Assembly: GCA_965240325.2 (NCBI GenBank)
Contig: OZ251241.1
Span: 1,116,001 to 1,180,000 of the forward strand
Direction: 5' to 3'
DNA: 64,000 bases
From: Rebecca billardiae RCC1528
Lineage: Eukaryota; Protista; Haptophyta
Below the pieces are notes generated by a model. That model made no database searches. It saw only the letters and a program-made list of their open reading frames with translations, and was not told the DNA's origin. A program made the translations under genes and the position numbers. How positions within the stretch are numbered: position 1 is the stretch's first letter; each line of letters begins with the position of its first letter. Of the stretch, positions 22,553 to 33,344 are shown piece after piece.

Positions 22553-24766
22553 ATGGCGACGATGGTGACCTCGGAAGAGATCAATTACCTCATCTACCGA
22601 TACCTGCAGGAGTCAGGCACGCCGCGCCAGCGCCGCGTGCGCGCGCGGGGCGGGTGGCGCTCGCACGCATGCTCGGTGACCGTCGCACGCGCGTGCGCCG
22701 CGCGCGTCCGCCTGGCGCAGGCTTTCAGCACACTGCATTCACGTTCGGGATGGAGGCGAACATCGCCAAGTCCAACGTGAACGTCGCGAACGTGCCCCCG
22801 GGCGCGCTCATCTCCTTCCTGCAGAAGGGGCTGCAGTTCCTTGAGCTCGAGCAGCACGTGGAGGCGGTGCGCCGCCGCGTGCGCGCGCCCGGGCGCGCGC
22901 GCGCGCCGAGGCCGGCGCGCGCGGGCGCGGGCGGCGGGCACGCGCGCAGGCGGCCGCGCGTGAGCGCCCCGCTCACGCGGCCTCGCCCGCCGCCCGCGCG
23001 CCGCGCGCCGCCCCTCAGAACGGGGATCACATCCAATACGCCGAGCCCATCTCGCTGCTCAACACAGCGCCGCCACGAACGGTGGTGAAGAGAGAACCGA
23101 GCCTCGGCGCACGAAACGCCGCGGAGGTCGGCGGCGGGGGCGGCGCGAGGGCGAGCATGGACGTCGACGGCGACGAGGGGAACGGCTCGTGCGCGCGGGT
23201 GCGCGGAGCGAGCGTCAGCGGCGGCGGCGGTGGCGGCGGCGGCGGCGGCGCCGGCGGCGGTGCCGGCGGCACAGTATCTATTCGCGACTCGGAGGTGACC
23301 CATCTGCACGGGCACGAGTCGGAGGTGTTCATCTGCGCATGGTCGCCCACAGAGTTGCTCCTGGCCTCGGGCTCGGGCGACGCGACCGCGCGCATCTGGA
23401 GCCTGCCGCTGGGGCCGTGCGGCAGCGAGCAGAGCGCGGCGCTGGCCAAGCCCGCTGTCCTGCGCCACAACACGAGCGGTCCGGGCAAGGACGTGACCAC
23501 GCTCGACTGGAGCCCCGACGGCACGTGCCTCGCGACGGGCTCGTACGACGGGCGCGCGCGCATCTGGTCCGCGCGCGGCGAGCTGCGGTACACGCTGGGA
23601 GGAGGGGCCGCGGCGGGCGGCGGCGTCACTGGGCACGAGGGCCCAATATTTGCGCTCAAATGGAATAAAAACTCCTCGCTGCTGCTCTCGGGCTCGGTCG
23701 ACAAGACGGCGATCGTGTGGGACGCGGCGACGGGGCAGCTGCGCGAGCACTACCGGCTGCACCGCGCGCCCACGCTCGACGTCGACTGGCGCGACGACAC
23801 CTCCTTCGCCACGTGCTCGACCGACAAGCAGATCCATGTCTGCCGGCTGGGCGAGCCGGGCGCGGTGCGCACGTTCAGCGGCCACACAGACGAGGTGAAC
23901 TGTATCAAGTGGGACGCGAGCGGCCGGCTGCTCGCGTCGTGCTCGGACGACTGCACCGCGCGGATTTGGAGCATGGACTCGGACAAGCCCGTGCACACGC
24001 TCTCGGACCACGGCAAGGAGATCTACACGCTCAAGTGGGCGCCGGTGCGCGCGGCGAGCGCGCGGCGCGCGCGCGTGCGTGCGTCCGCGCCGCGCCGCGC
24101 GTGCGCAGCGGCCGTCGCGCGGCCGGTAGGGGCAAGCGCGCCACGCCACGTGGCACGGCGCGGCGGGCGCGGCGGGCTGGCGCGAGAGCTGCGCGCGGGC
24201 CGATCGATCCCACGCCCGCGCCGCCCCGCGTCTGAGCGAGGCTGGACTCAACCCCTCGCCCCGGCCTCGGCCGCCCGCTCGCCCGCCGCGCCCGCCGCCC
24301 CGCGCCTCCACCGCGCAGCCACAGAACGCGAGGGGCGTGCAGCTGCTGGCAAGCGCGTCGCTCGACAAGACGATCAAGCTGTGGGACGTGACGAGCGGCG
24401 CGTGCCTCGCCACACTTGCGCACCACACCGAGCCCGTGTACAGCGTCGCCTTCTCGCCGAGCGGTCAGCACATCGCGTCGGGCTCTCCGGACAAGCATGT
24501 GCTCGTGTGGAGCGTCAAGGTGTGGAGGCGCCCCGCCGCACCGGCCGGCGCGCGCGCCGCCGCCGCATGCGCCGTCGCGGGGCTCACCCCGCCGCGGCCC
24601 CGGTGGTGCCGCGCGCCGCGCGCCCCCACGCACGCAGGACGGCACGCTGCTCAAGACCTTCAAGGGACCAGGCGGCATCTACGAGGTGTGTTGGAACAAG
24701 GCGGGCACCAAGCTGGCCGCCAGCTTCTCGACCAACGCCCTCGTCGTGATGGACATGCGCTTCTGA
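22553..24766 (+). CDS. TBL1: TBL1/TBL1XR1-like LisH-WD40 protein, 5 exons
   Basis: [47 protein letters not shown]; introns 22617-22720 (GC-AG), 22867-23018, 24045-24318, 24520-24637. Confidence 0.92.
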
Positions 24767-25446
24767 GTGTGCGCTCGCGGTGGGACGGGCTGCCGCGCAT
24801 GCTGCGCCAGCGGCTCGGAGCTGCACTGCAGCCCGCACTCGACACGAGTCATAACGACGGCAGCACCGGGTGCGGCTCCGCGTGAATGAACGACGGCCGG
24901 CGCCGGCGCGGCGCCAAGCCAATTCGATCAGCGGCATCAGCGTCAGTGGGGTCGGCCGGTCGGCGCCGCCGGTCGTCTGATCACCCGGAGCCCGTCATCA
25001 TTCTGCGCTGATTAGAAGCTATATTTAATAGAGGTCGCGTCGCGTAATAATATCATCATCATAGGCGCAGCAGCACCGCCGTCACCCGTGCCAACGCAGC
25101 ACCGCATGACTATGAGCGGCATGACTTGCGCTGTCTGACTTGCCAACTCACTTGCGCCTTGCGGACGTCTTGCCGCGGACGCGGTGCTGCCGCCTTCGTC
25201 ATAAAAACGCGAGCAGAGTTCCCGGTCTTCGGACCCGCGCGGGCCCGCGGCGGGCCGGGCCGGCGACGGAATGGGCGTGCCGCGTGGCTCGCCGGGCCCC
25301 GGCGCCAGGCCCAGCTATGGCCCGCCATCAGGCCCAGGCCAGGGGCAGGGCGTGAGGGCGGGCTGCGTCGCACGCGGCCCGCGGTTGTCATCACGGCGGC
25401 CGCCGGGCCCGATGTCGATGATCGCGCGTGATTGTCATATCGATCA

Positions 25447-26551
25447 TCATGTGTAGTAGTAGGAGGACTCGCGGGCGCAGATGGCGGATGCCACCCAGAG
25501 CACCTGCACAGCGCTAAAGCCGCCCGCAGCCAGCCCAATCACGACCGGATCGAGCCTGACCAGCGGGCCGTCCTCCGCCCCGGCCGGTGCGTGTGGCTCC
25601 GGCCCATCGCCGTCGGCACCGGCCGCCCCGCGCTGCAGTGCGGCGGTCAGCTCGAGGGAGCCGAAGAGTGCGACGCACGTGGCCGCGCCAAGGCACGCGG
25701 CCGCAGCAGTGCGGAGCGTCGAGGAGGTGGCCTGCTCGGTCGCAAGCGCCGCGTGCATCACCAGCAGCCCGAGGGCTGCGGGCACGGCGGCGATCAGCGC
25801 GGACACAAGCACGGCCGCCGCGCCCACCGCGCCAAAAGGGACGCCAGGCGTGGCGCCGCGCAGGACCTGCGCGCAAGGTTCAGGCGCAGGCGTGCGCTGT
25901 GTGAGGGGAGCGCGCTCGCACTCGCCAGCGCGCACGAGCCCTCGCGCGTGCGCACACCAGCACGTGCGTGGCCACGGCAGCGCCCACCACGAGCATAGTA
26001 GCCGTTGCCACACGCCCGACCGATGCACGTGTGAAGACGGGCTTGCCGTCGGGTCGCAGAGGCTGGCACGAGCCCGCTCGCTCGTCCGACTGGCCCGGCG
26101 CCACGCCAGCGAACGAGCCCGCCTGCGCCCCCGAGGACATGCTTTCGCGTCGGTGCGCTGCCGAGAGCTGGGAGCCGCCATCTGGCAGGTGGGCTGCCTC
26201 GAGCACAGGCGGCAGCACGAGCGCGGCGACGGCCGTGCACAGCGTGACGGCGAGAGCAAGCGACGGCATCGCGAAGCGAACATCGAAGCTCCGTTCTGCA
26301 GGCGCGTCATCGACGCACGACGGTCGCAGCCCCTGTGCAGCGACCACCTGCGCCGCCCAGACACCCACGCCGCCAAGTGACGTGCCTGCGAGGAGCATGT
26401 ACGCGCGGAACAGCTGTCGGCTGCGGCCAGAGCCGTAGCGGAGGTCTGTGAAAGCGTAAGCAGTGGTCAGCTGTGCGCACCAAGCGCCCACCACGGAGAG
26501 CGCGACGCCCAACGCGACGAGCACAGGGTCATACGAGAGCGTGCACGACAT
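25447..26551 (-). CDS. Divergent MHYT-like membrane protein, 2 exons
   Basis: YDPVLVALGVALSVVGAWCA and SLGGVGVW follow the MHYT fold pattern; probable intron 25867-25957. Confidence 0.6.
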
Positions 26552-27179
26552 GCCCCCGGCCGCTTGTGCATGCGCTGCGACGGCTGCGTCGGTTCCTCGT
26601 TTTCCGCGGCCGGAAGGTGCGCAGAAATGGCCGAGCGGGCGCCGCGGGCGGCATTTGTTCGTCAGTGGCGGGGGATTTACTACGAGGGATTTATTGATGC
26701 TGAGATTTCTTTTCCTGATGCTACGGTAACTGAACAAATGCTTGGTGAATGCCCGAATGGTGTTGCCGTCAGACTCCTATAAACGACTCCTAAGAGCGTC
26801 AGAGCGTCAGTCAGAGGCAGAGCGCCGGCTGAGTGAGTAGTCGTTATTCAATATTCATGACGACTGCACCAACTACCTCAGTACCTGCTCCGCCGATCCC
26901 CAGTGGCCCTGAGAGTGGCTGTCGTCGTCAGGCCGGCCGGGCTGACTACAGTTAAAGTACTCAAAGTAGCACTTGAGTAGTCGGGCGGCTCATGCAATTG
27001 ACATTGTGTCGGAACTTTGTGTCTGCGCCAGTGTGACTTGTCGGGCTGTGCGGCGCGCGGCCCGCGAGTCCGGTCACGACAGTCTGCCGAAGCCAGTCGG
27101 AAGGTCTGAGTGACCCACTAGCACTAGTAGCAGTTGACTTTGAGCAGCAGCTTGGTCTCCATAGCAGCACGAGTGAAAT

Positions 27180-27672
27180 ACAGGCGCCTCACTGCCAGGG
27201 CCAGTGGCCCAGACCCCGGCCCAGCTACTGGGCTCGCTGACAGTCCTCTCAGGGCCCCTCCGGCTCCTGCCCGCGCAGGGATCGGCTAGTGGCTGGCCCT
27301 CTGCCCACATTGGGGCGCCATAGGGGGTGCCCCGTCTGCCGACTCGGCTCACACTCGATGATCTCGCACTGCAAGGCAGGGCACTGCTTCGGTACCTGGG
27401 ACCAGGCCCCACAGTGTTGGGCTTGTATGCTGCTGGCGATGGCATACCCCCGCCCCCTCTGGAGGCCGGCTGTCCGGACCGAGTGGACGGAGTGGAGTGC
27501 CGTGTCAATCAAGGCACTGGGTGTCTCGGCCAGTGGTTTGAGGTTGGGTGAGGGTGGTGGTTGGTTGGGGGCTGGCCAGGGTAGGGCTGGAGGCTTTGAT
27601 GGCCGCCAGTCTGATCACCCGGAGCCCGTTAAAAAGGGCGGGAATATAAAAAGGTGAATAAATAATAATGAA
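27180..27672 (+). mobile_element. Possible 3' fragment of a non-LTR retrotransposon
   Basis: CPVC..SH..SHC-like peptide and an A-rich tail at 27630-27672; the 21 bp before the tail recur at 24975-24995. Confidence 0.35.
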
Positions 27673-27955
27673 TGGTGGGCCGGGGCGCGAGCCCTTGCTG
27701 CCAGTGAGTTGGCGTAAGTTGCGGCCGCGTCGCCGTAATGGACTCACTACTTGGAGCCGGAGGGGCGCCGGTCTGACATGAGCGGAACCGCGAGGCGTAA
27801 AGTCGAGCGCTGTGTGAAGAACAGTCAGTCTGCCGTTCCCGCGGTGGCGTCTCGGAATCGGCGGCCGGATGCCGGCGCTCGCTCGAACGAGGCTCATCGT
27901 GATGATCGTCGGCCCGTCGTCGGGATATCACCACGGCGAGCCACGCGTCACGGCT

Positions 27956-30124
27956 TCATCTGCCTGCAGCGTCGCGGACCGGGACCCTCCTGGCCATCAC
28001 CACAGGTATGTCCTGTGGTTGCTGCCGTCGTGCTGCTCCCGCCGCCATCGATGATGATGGTAGTCCTGGCGCAGCGGGAGTGTTGATGCTTGCTGGTAGT
28101 CCCTGGTCGTAGCTGCCAGGGGCAGCCCGGACTGCGTCGTCACACCGACGCCGCTCGTCCAGGGCCCAGGCATCATCATCATTGACCACCCCGTCGTCAA
28201 TCGAACGGATCGTGCCATCTGGCGCGCGCCAGCGGACGATGCTGACTGCGACGAGCGGCGGCGGTATGGGCAGCCGCGGCGCGGCGTCCGACACAGCGGC
28301 AATGCAGCTGGTGGGTGTGCGCCGTCGCTTTGTGGCGAGCGTGCCCTGGTCGCTGGTGCCATGCTCCAGCCTGCGCTTGCTGACGGCGAGCCGACTGTGA
28401 AGCATGCCATCCAGCTTGTGCGTAGCGCACCGGCTGGCGCGCGCGTCGCCCGGCATACCGAACGAAGGCCCCTTGGTGCAGCCGGTGTGATCGCACTTGC
28501 GGCTCCTCACGTCGACCATGCCGGCCAGCTTGTGCTCAGCGCACCGGCTGGCGCGCGCGTCGCCCGGCATGCCGAACGAAGGCCCCTTGGTGCAGCCAGT
28601 GTGATCACACTTGGGGTGCTTCAAGTCGACCATGCCGACCAGCTTGTGCTCAGCGCACCGGCTGTCACCCGCGTCGCCCGGCATGCGGAACGAAGGATAC
28701 TTGGTGCAGCCAGCGTGATCGCACCTGCGGCTCACCACGTTGACCATACCGGCCAGCTTGTGCGTAGCGCACCGGCTGGCGCGCGCGTCGCCCGGCATGC
28801 CGAACGAAGGCCGCTTGGTGCAGCCAGCGTGATCGCACCTGCGGCTCACCACGTTGACCATACCGGCCAGCTTGTGCGTAGCGCATCGGCTGGCGCGCGC
28901 GTCGCCCGGCATGCCGAACGAAGGATGCTTGGTGCAGCCAGCGTGATCGCACTTGGGGCTCCTCACGTCGACCATGCCGGCCAGCTTGTGCTCAGCGCAC
29001 CGGCTGGCGCGCGCGTCGCCCGGCATGCCGAACGAAGGATGCTTGGTGCAGCCAGCGTGATCGCACCTGCGGCTCACCACGTTGACCATACCGGCCAGCT
29101 TGTGCGTAGCGCACCGGCTGGCGCGCGCGTCGCCCGGCATGCCGAACGAAGGATGCTTGGTGCAGCCAGCGTGATCGCACTTGGGGCTCCTCACGTCGAC
29201 CATGCCGGCCAGCTTGTGCTCAGCGCACCGGCTGGCGCGCGCGTCGCCCGGCATGCCGAACGAAGGCCCCTTGGTGCAGCCAGCGTGATCGCACTTGGGG
29301 CTCCTCACGTCGACCATGCCGGCCAGCTTGTGCGTAGCGCACCGGCTGTCACCCGCATCGCCCGGCATGCCGAACGAAGGATGCTTGGTGCAGCCAGCGT
29401 GATCGCACTTGGGGCTCCTCACGTCGACCATACCGGCCAGCTTGTGCTCAGCGCACCGGCTGTCACCCGCGTCGCCCGGCAAGCGGAACGAAGGATGCTT
29501 CGTGCAGCCAGCGTGATCGCACCTGCGGCTCACCACGTTGACCATACCGGCCAGCTTGTGCTCAGCGCACCGGCTGGCGCGCGCGTCGCCCGGCAGGCCG
29601 AACAAAGGCCGCTTGGTGCAGCCAGCGTGATCGCACCTGCGGCTCACCACGTTGACCATACCGGCCAGCTTGTGCGTAGCGCACCGGCTGGCGCGCGCGT
29701 CGCCCGGCATGCGGAACGAAGGATGCTTGGTGCAGCCAGCGTGATCGCACTTGGGGCTCCTCACGTCGACCATACCGGCCAGCTTGTGCGTAGCGCACCG
29801 GCTGGCGCGCGCGTCGCCCGGCATGCCGAACAAAGGCCACTTGGTGCAGCCAGTGTGATCACACTTGGGGTGCTTCAAGTCGACCATGCCGACCAGCTTG
29901 TGCTCAGCGCACCGGCTGTCACCCGCGTCGCCCGGCATGCGGAACGAAGGATGCTTCGTGCAGCCAGCGTGATCGCACCTGCGGCTCACCACGTCGACCA
30001 TACCGGCCAGCTTGTGCGTAGCGCACCGGCTGGCGCGCGCGTCGCCCGGCCTGCCGAACGAAGGCCCCTTGGTGCAGCCGGTGTGATCGCACTTGCGTTT
30101 CATTCCTTTGCTCACGTCGACCAT
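27956..30124 (-). CDS. EsV-1-7-type Cys-rich repeat protein (15 tandem 38-aa units), probable zinc-binding nuclear protein
   Basis: Uninterrupted 722-aa ORF; unit consensus CDHAGCTKxPSFGMPGDARASRCAxHKLAGMV; basic KRR/KRRR after the array. Confidence 0.9.
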   Translation of the reverse strand: MVDVSKGMKRKCDHTGCTKGPSFGRPGDARASRCATHKLAGMVDVVSRRCDHAGCTKHPSFRMPGDAGDSRCAEHKLVGMVDLKHPKCDHTGCTKWPLFGMPGDARASRCATHKLAGMVDVRSPKCDHAGCTKHPSFRMPGDARASRCATHKLAGMVNVVSRRCDHAGCTKRPLFGLPGDARASRCAEHKLAGMVNVVSRRCDHAGCTKHPSFRLPGDAGDSRCAEHKLAGMVDVRSPKCDHAGCTKHPSFGMPGDAGDSRCATHKLAGMVDVRSPKCDHAGCTKGPSFGMPGDARASRCAEHKLAGMVDVRSPKCDHAGCTKHPSFGMPGDARASRCATHKLAGMVNVVSRRCDHAGCTKHPSFGMPGDARASRCAEHKLAGMVDVRSPKCDHAGCTKHPSFGMPGDARASRCATHKLAGMVNVVSRRCDHAGCTKRPSFGMPGDARASRCATHKLAGMVNVVSRRCDHAGCTKYPSFRMPGDAGDSRCAEHKLVGMVDLKHPKCDHTGCTKGPSFGMPGDARASRCAEHKLAGMVDVRSRKCDHTGCTKGPSFGMPGDARASRCATHKLDGMLHSRLAVSKRRLEHGTSDQGTLATKRRRTPTSCIAAVSDAAPRLPIPPPLVAVSIVRWRAPDGTIRSIDDGVVNDDDAWALDERRRCDDAVRAAPGSYDQGLPASINTPAAPGLPSSSMAAGAARRQQPQDIPVVMARRVPVRDAAGR

Positions 30125-30140
30125 GCCGGCCAGCTTGTGC
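28403..30140. repeat. Coding minisatellite, 114-bp period
   Basis: 15 near-identical units plus a partial N-terminal unit. Confidence 0.95.
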
Positions 30141-30326
30141 GCAGCCTGGGCTGCTCACCGTGCCTGGGCAGCCTCGATGGCATGTGCTTGTCGAAGCAGG
30201 TCCGGACGGGTGCCTCCGGACCAAGGTGAGTACGATGAATAGTTGACGCACGCAGCTTAACGAGTGACAATGACCAGACATTCGGGCAGGACGCAGGACC
30301 GGGCAACCGAACCGGGGCGGTGACAC

Positions 30327-30330
<4 letters not shown>

Positions 30331-30363
<33 letters not shown>

Positions 30364-30364
30364 C

Positions 30365-30395
<31 letters not shown>

Positions 30396-30396
30396 C
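30331..30396. repeat. (CT)n microsatellite
   Basis: Direct reading; abuts the RUS1 stop codon. Confidence 0.95.
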
Positions 30397-31738
30397 ACGA
30401 ATCCCAGCTGTACCTGTAGGCGCCACTGCCCAGGTGCACGCGCCGAGGCGACGCCCAGCCGCCATCGCGGAGCGCGTCGATCAGCGCGCTGTGCGCGGCG
30501 TCGAGCTCGGCTGTCGCGGCGCGCACGGCCTCGGCAATCTCGGCGTCGAGATCTTGCATGGCGCCCCCGCTGCCAGCCGGTCGGTGCCGCGCCGCGCCGC
30601 CGCGCCAGCGGCGTGCGACGAGGTGCGCGTGCACGAACGCTCGCAGCTGGTCCTCGTCCTGGGTGCCCTCCGCGAGCAGGCCGAGCACGGCGCCGGACTC
30701 GGGCCGGACCCACAGGACGTGACCCTCTCCCTCGCCGCACGCGTCCCTCGCGAGGGCGAACCGGCGCGAGGCGCGCTCGCCGCCAAACACTCGGTCGAGG
30801 CGCACGCCGAGCGCGACGCGCGGACCGCCGAAGGGCGGGCGCAGCAGGCGCTCGCGGCTCGCGATCGCCGCACGACCCGTCGGCTCGCCAGCCGCGAGCG
30901 CGTCGAGCAGCAGCCCGGCGCGGTGCGCGTTGACTGAGCCGAGCTGCAGCGCGCGCACGCCGCGGTAGTTGGCCACGAGGTGGATGGCGGTGAGCGCGCC
31001 GAAGACGAGGCGCGCGCCGAGCGGCGTGAGCTCGGCGTGCTTGGCGAGGCCGAGGCCGAGGACGAGGCCGCACAGGGTGACCGCCGTCTCCTGCGCGCTC
31101 TCCTTGCTCGACACGTCCGCCAGGTTGTCGCGCACGGCAAAGTGCGAAGTGATGCTCGCGCGCGTCGCGCCGGCGGCCACTCCGCACATCGTCTTGCACA
31201 TGGCGCCGCAGCTGGTGATGAGGACGAAGGCGTCCGGGAAGAGCGGCGCGAGCATGTCGAGCGAGAGCCCGACGTCATTGATCGCGTCGGCGAACAGCCG
31301 CCACTCCTTCACGTTGTCGTCGAAGCGCGATCCGACGACGAATGAGAAGACGAGCGAAGAGATCATCCCAAAACCGTCGCGCATCACCCACGCGATCGCG
31401 GCCGCGAGCGGGCTCGCGGCCTCCTTGCCCACGCCGGACGCCTCGAGGATCGCCGTCGTGGTCAGGATGCCGCGCAGGTACGAGCACAGCGCCTGCACCG
31501 TGTCGTAGCACTGGTAGGTCACGTACTCGGGACGGACCGAAGACGGGTAGCCGTCCGGCAGAAACACGCTCGCGAGCACGGCCTGCGCCCCGGCCGCGAC
31601 TCGGCGGAGGCCGAGCGACGGCCCACGCGAGAGATTGCTGCCTGCACCCTCTTCGCGGCGCGGCGCACCCGATGCATCGAGCACCCACGCGCACCCGGCA
31701 CTCCCCCCTACCCGCTCGCGGACCTTGACAGTCGCCAT
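30395..31738 (-). CDS. RUS1-family (DUF647 / root UVB sensitive) protein
   Basis: FLPDGYPSSV..EY..YQ, WVMRDGFG, KEWRLFAD..NDVG, HF....NLADVSSKESAQET. Confidence 0.92.
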
Positions 31739-31917
31739 GCTGCCGAGCGAACGTCGCTGTGCCGTCACTCGTGAGGAGGCCGGTCGATCGGACGACGAAG
31801 GCCGTGAGCACTGAGCTGTATTGTAGCGAAAAGCGAGCGACTCTTCCACTCGGGGGAAAACGGCAGCGGCCACACTGATGAAGTGGACGGCGACCTGGCT
31901 GCGTGCACACCAGGCTC

Positions 31918-33318
31918 ATGTTGTCCATGGCGTCGACACGGTCCTCGCGCGCGGCCGGGCTGCTCGCCAGCCGGCCTTCGCGACTGGTTGCGCCTTTTAG
32001 GCCCGCAACGGAGCGCAGCTTGCTGCCCTCCGCGAGCTTTGGCCGTGTGCGCAGGCTGGCGTGGCCGGCTGGCGGCAGGGATGTTCGCGACAGTGCATCG
32101 CGCACAGTGCTAAGCTTAGTCCGATGGCCACTCGAGCATGTGCGCATGCGCCCGTCGTGGCCCGGCCACGCTGCATTCGCGCTATCTGGCCTCTCCTTCC
32201 TCGTGCAGGACATCCTGTGGCTGCGTGCGCTCGCGACACTCTCGTGCAGCCTGGCCATCACGTTCAACGTGTGGCACCCAGTGGGTCGCTCGCTGTGGCT
32301 GCCAATCTACTGGAACGTGGGGTACGTGGTGGTGAATGTGACGTACATCTGCATTCTGCTCAGCGAGCGCAACGTGCGCCTTTCCGACTTCGAATGGCTC
32401 GTGTACGACACGTACTTCCGATCGAGCATCGAGCCGCACGACTTCCAGAAGCTTGCACGGCTCGCGCACAAGCGAGTGGCGCGCACGCGGGAACGGCTGA
32501 TGACGGTGGACGAGCTGCCCTCGCACCTGTACCTCGTGTACGACGGGATGCCCGAGATCGAGGTGAGCTCCTCCATGGTCATACACCAGGAGCGCGGCAT
32601 GCTGGGGGAGATGAGCTTCCTGCGGGGCGGCGTCGCCAGCGCCTCTGTCTACGCGCCGCCGGGCACGCGCTATCTGCGCTGGGATCGCGCCGAGCTCGAA
32701 GAGATCATGCGGCGGGCGCCGTCTCTGCGGCGCGGCCTCGAGCTCGCCGTCGCAAAAGAGCTGATGCGCAAGCTCACCGCGACCAACGACTCGTTCAAGG
32801 AGAGCACGCGCGAGCACGGCTATGAAAGGCATGTGCTGCACTCAGCCATCAAGTGCGCTGCCGCGAGCACGTGCGAGCGCGCAGACGATGCGGATGAAGA
32901 GGAGCATGCGAATGGCGGCGTGGACACGCTGCACGCGTTCTTTGATGAGCTGCGGAGGTACCGTCGCGCCACTGGGATCGATGAGCAGATGCACGCATCC
33001 GTGCTCGCACGGATGGGCCTGGATGACGAGGCTGCATGCCGGCAACAGCGCCTCACTTTTGCCGATCTCTGCGTGCGGATCACACGTGGGTACGAATTTG
33101 AAGCGGAGCGCGCGCACAACGTCAAGCGTCCCGCGCCAGGCTCGTCGTCGTCGATGGTCAACCCCGCATCGACGACATCAAGCGCTGCTGCCAAGTCTGC
33201 ATCGTCACCACCAGAGTCGTCGAGTATCGTTACCTCTCTCTACCCGAGCACGCGCAAAGGCGGCGCGGCAATACTATCGGCGGCGCCGGATGAGCATTGT
33301 CAGTCGTCGTCATCGTAA
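31918..33318 (+). CDS. Popeye-like membrane protein with a cyclic-nucleotide-binding fold
   Basis: GH.AF....SFLVQDILWLR, W..IYWN, LS..E..VY..YF...F.KL and GEMSFL..ASASV. Confidence 0.8.
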   Translation: MLSMASTRSSRAAGLLASRPSRLVAPFRPATERSLLPSASFGRVRRLAWPAGGRDVRDSASRTVLSLVRWPLEHVRMRPSWPGHAAFALSGLSFLVQDILWLRALATLSCSLAITFNVWHPVGRSLWLPIYWNVGYVVVNVTYICILLSERNVRLSDFEWLVYDTYFRSSIEPHDFQKLARLAHKRVARTRERLMTVDELPSHLYLVYDGMPEIEVSSSMVIHQERGMLGEMSFLRGGVASASVYAPPGTRYLRWDRAELEEIMRRAPSLRRGLELAVAKELMRKLTATNDSFKESTREHGYERHVLHSAIKCAAASTCERADDADEEEHANGGVDTLHAFFDELRRYRRATGIDEQMHASVLARMGLDDEAACRQQRLTFADLCVRITRGYEFEAERAHNVKRPAPGSSSSMVNPASTTSSAAAKSASSPPESSSIVTSLYPSTRKGGAAILSAAPDEHCQSSSS

Positions 33319-33344
33319 TAACCCGCCAGCGCTGAGGCTGCCAT

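Noticed and set aside
28403-30091. CRISPR-like array
   Set aside because: Contiguous in-frame coding units with no unique spacers and no cas genes; eukaryotic context.
28361-30229. 622-aa antisense ORF over the repeat array
   Set aside because: A stop-free unit repeated 15 times gives this automatically; the conserved Cys/His pattern is on the minus strand.
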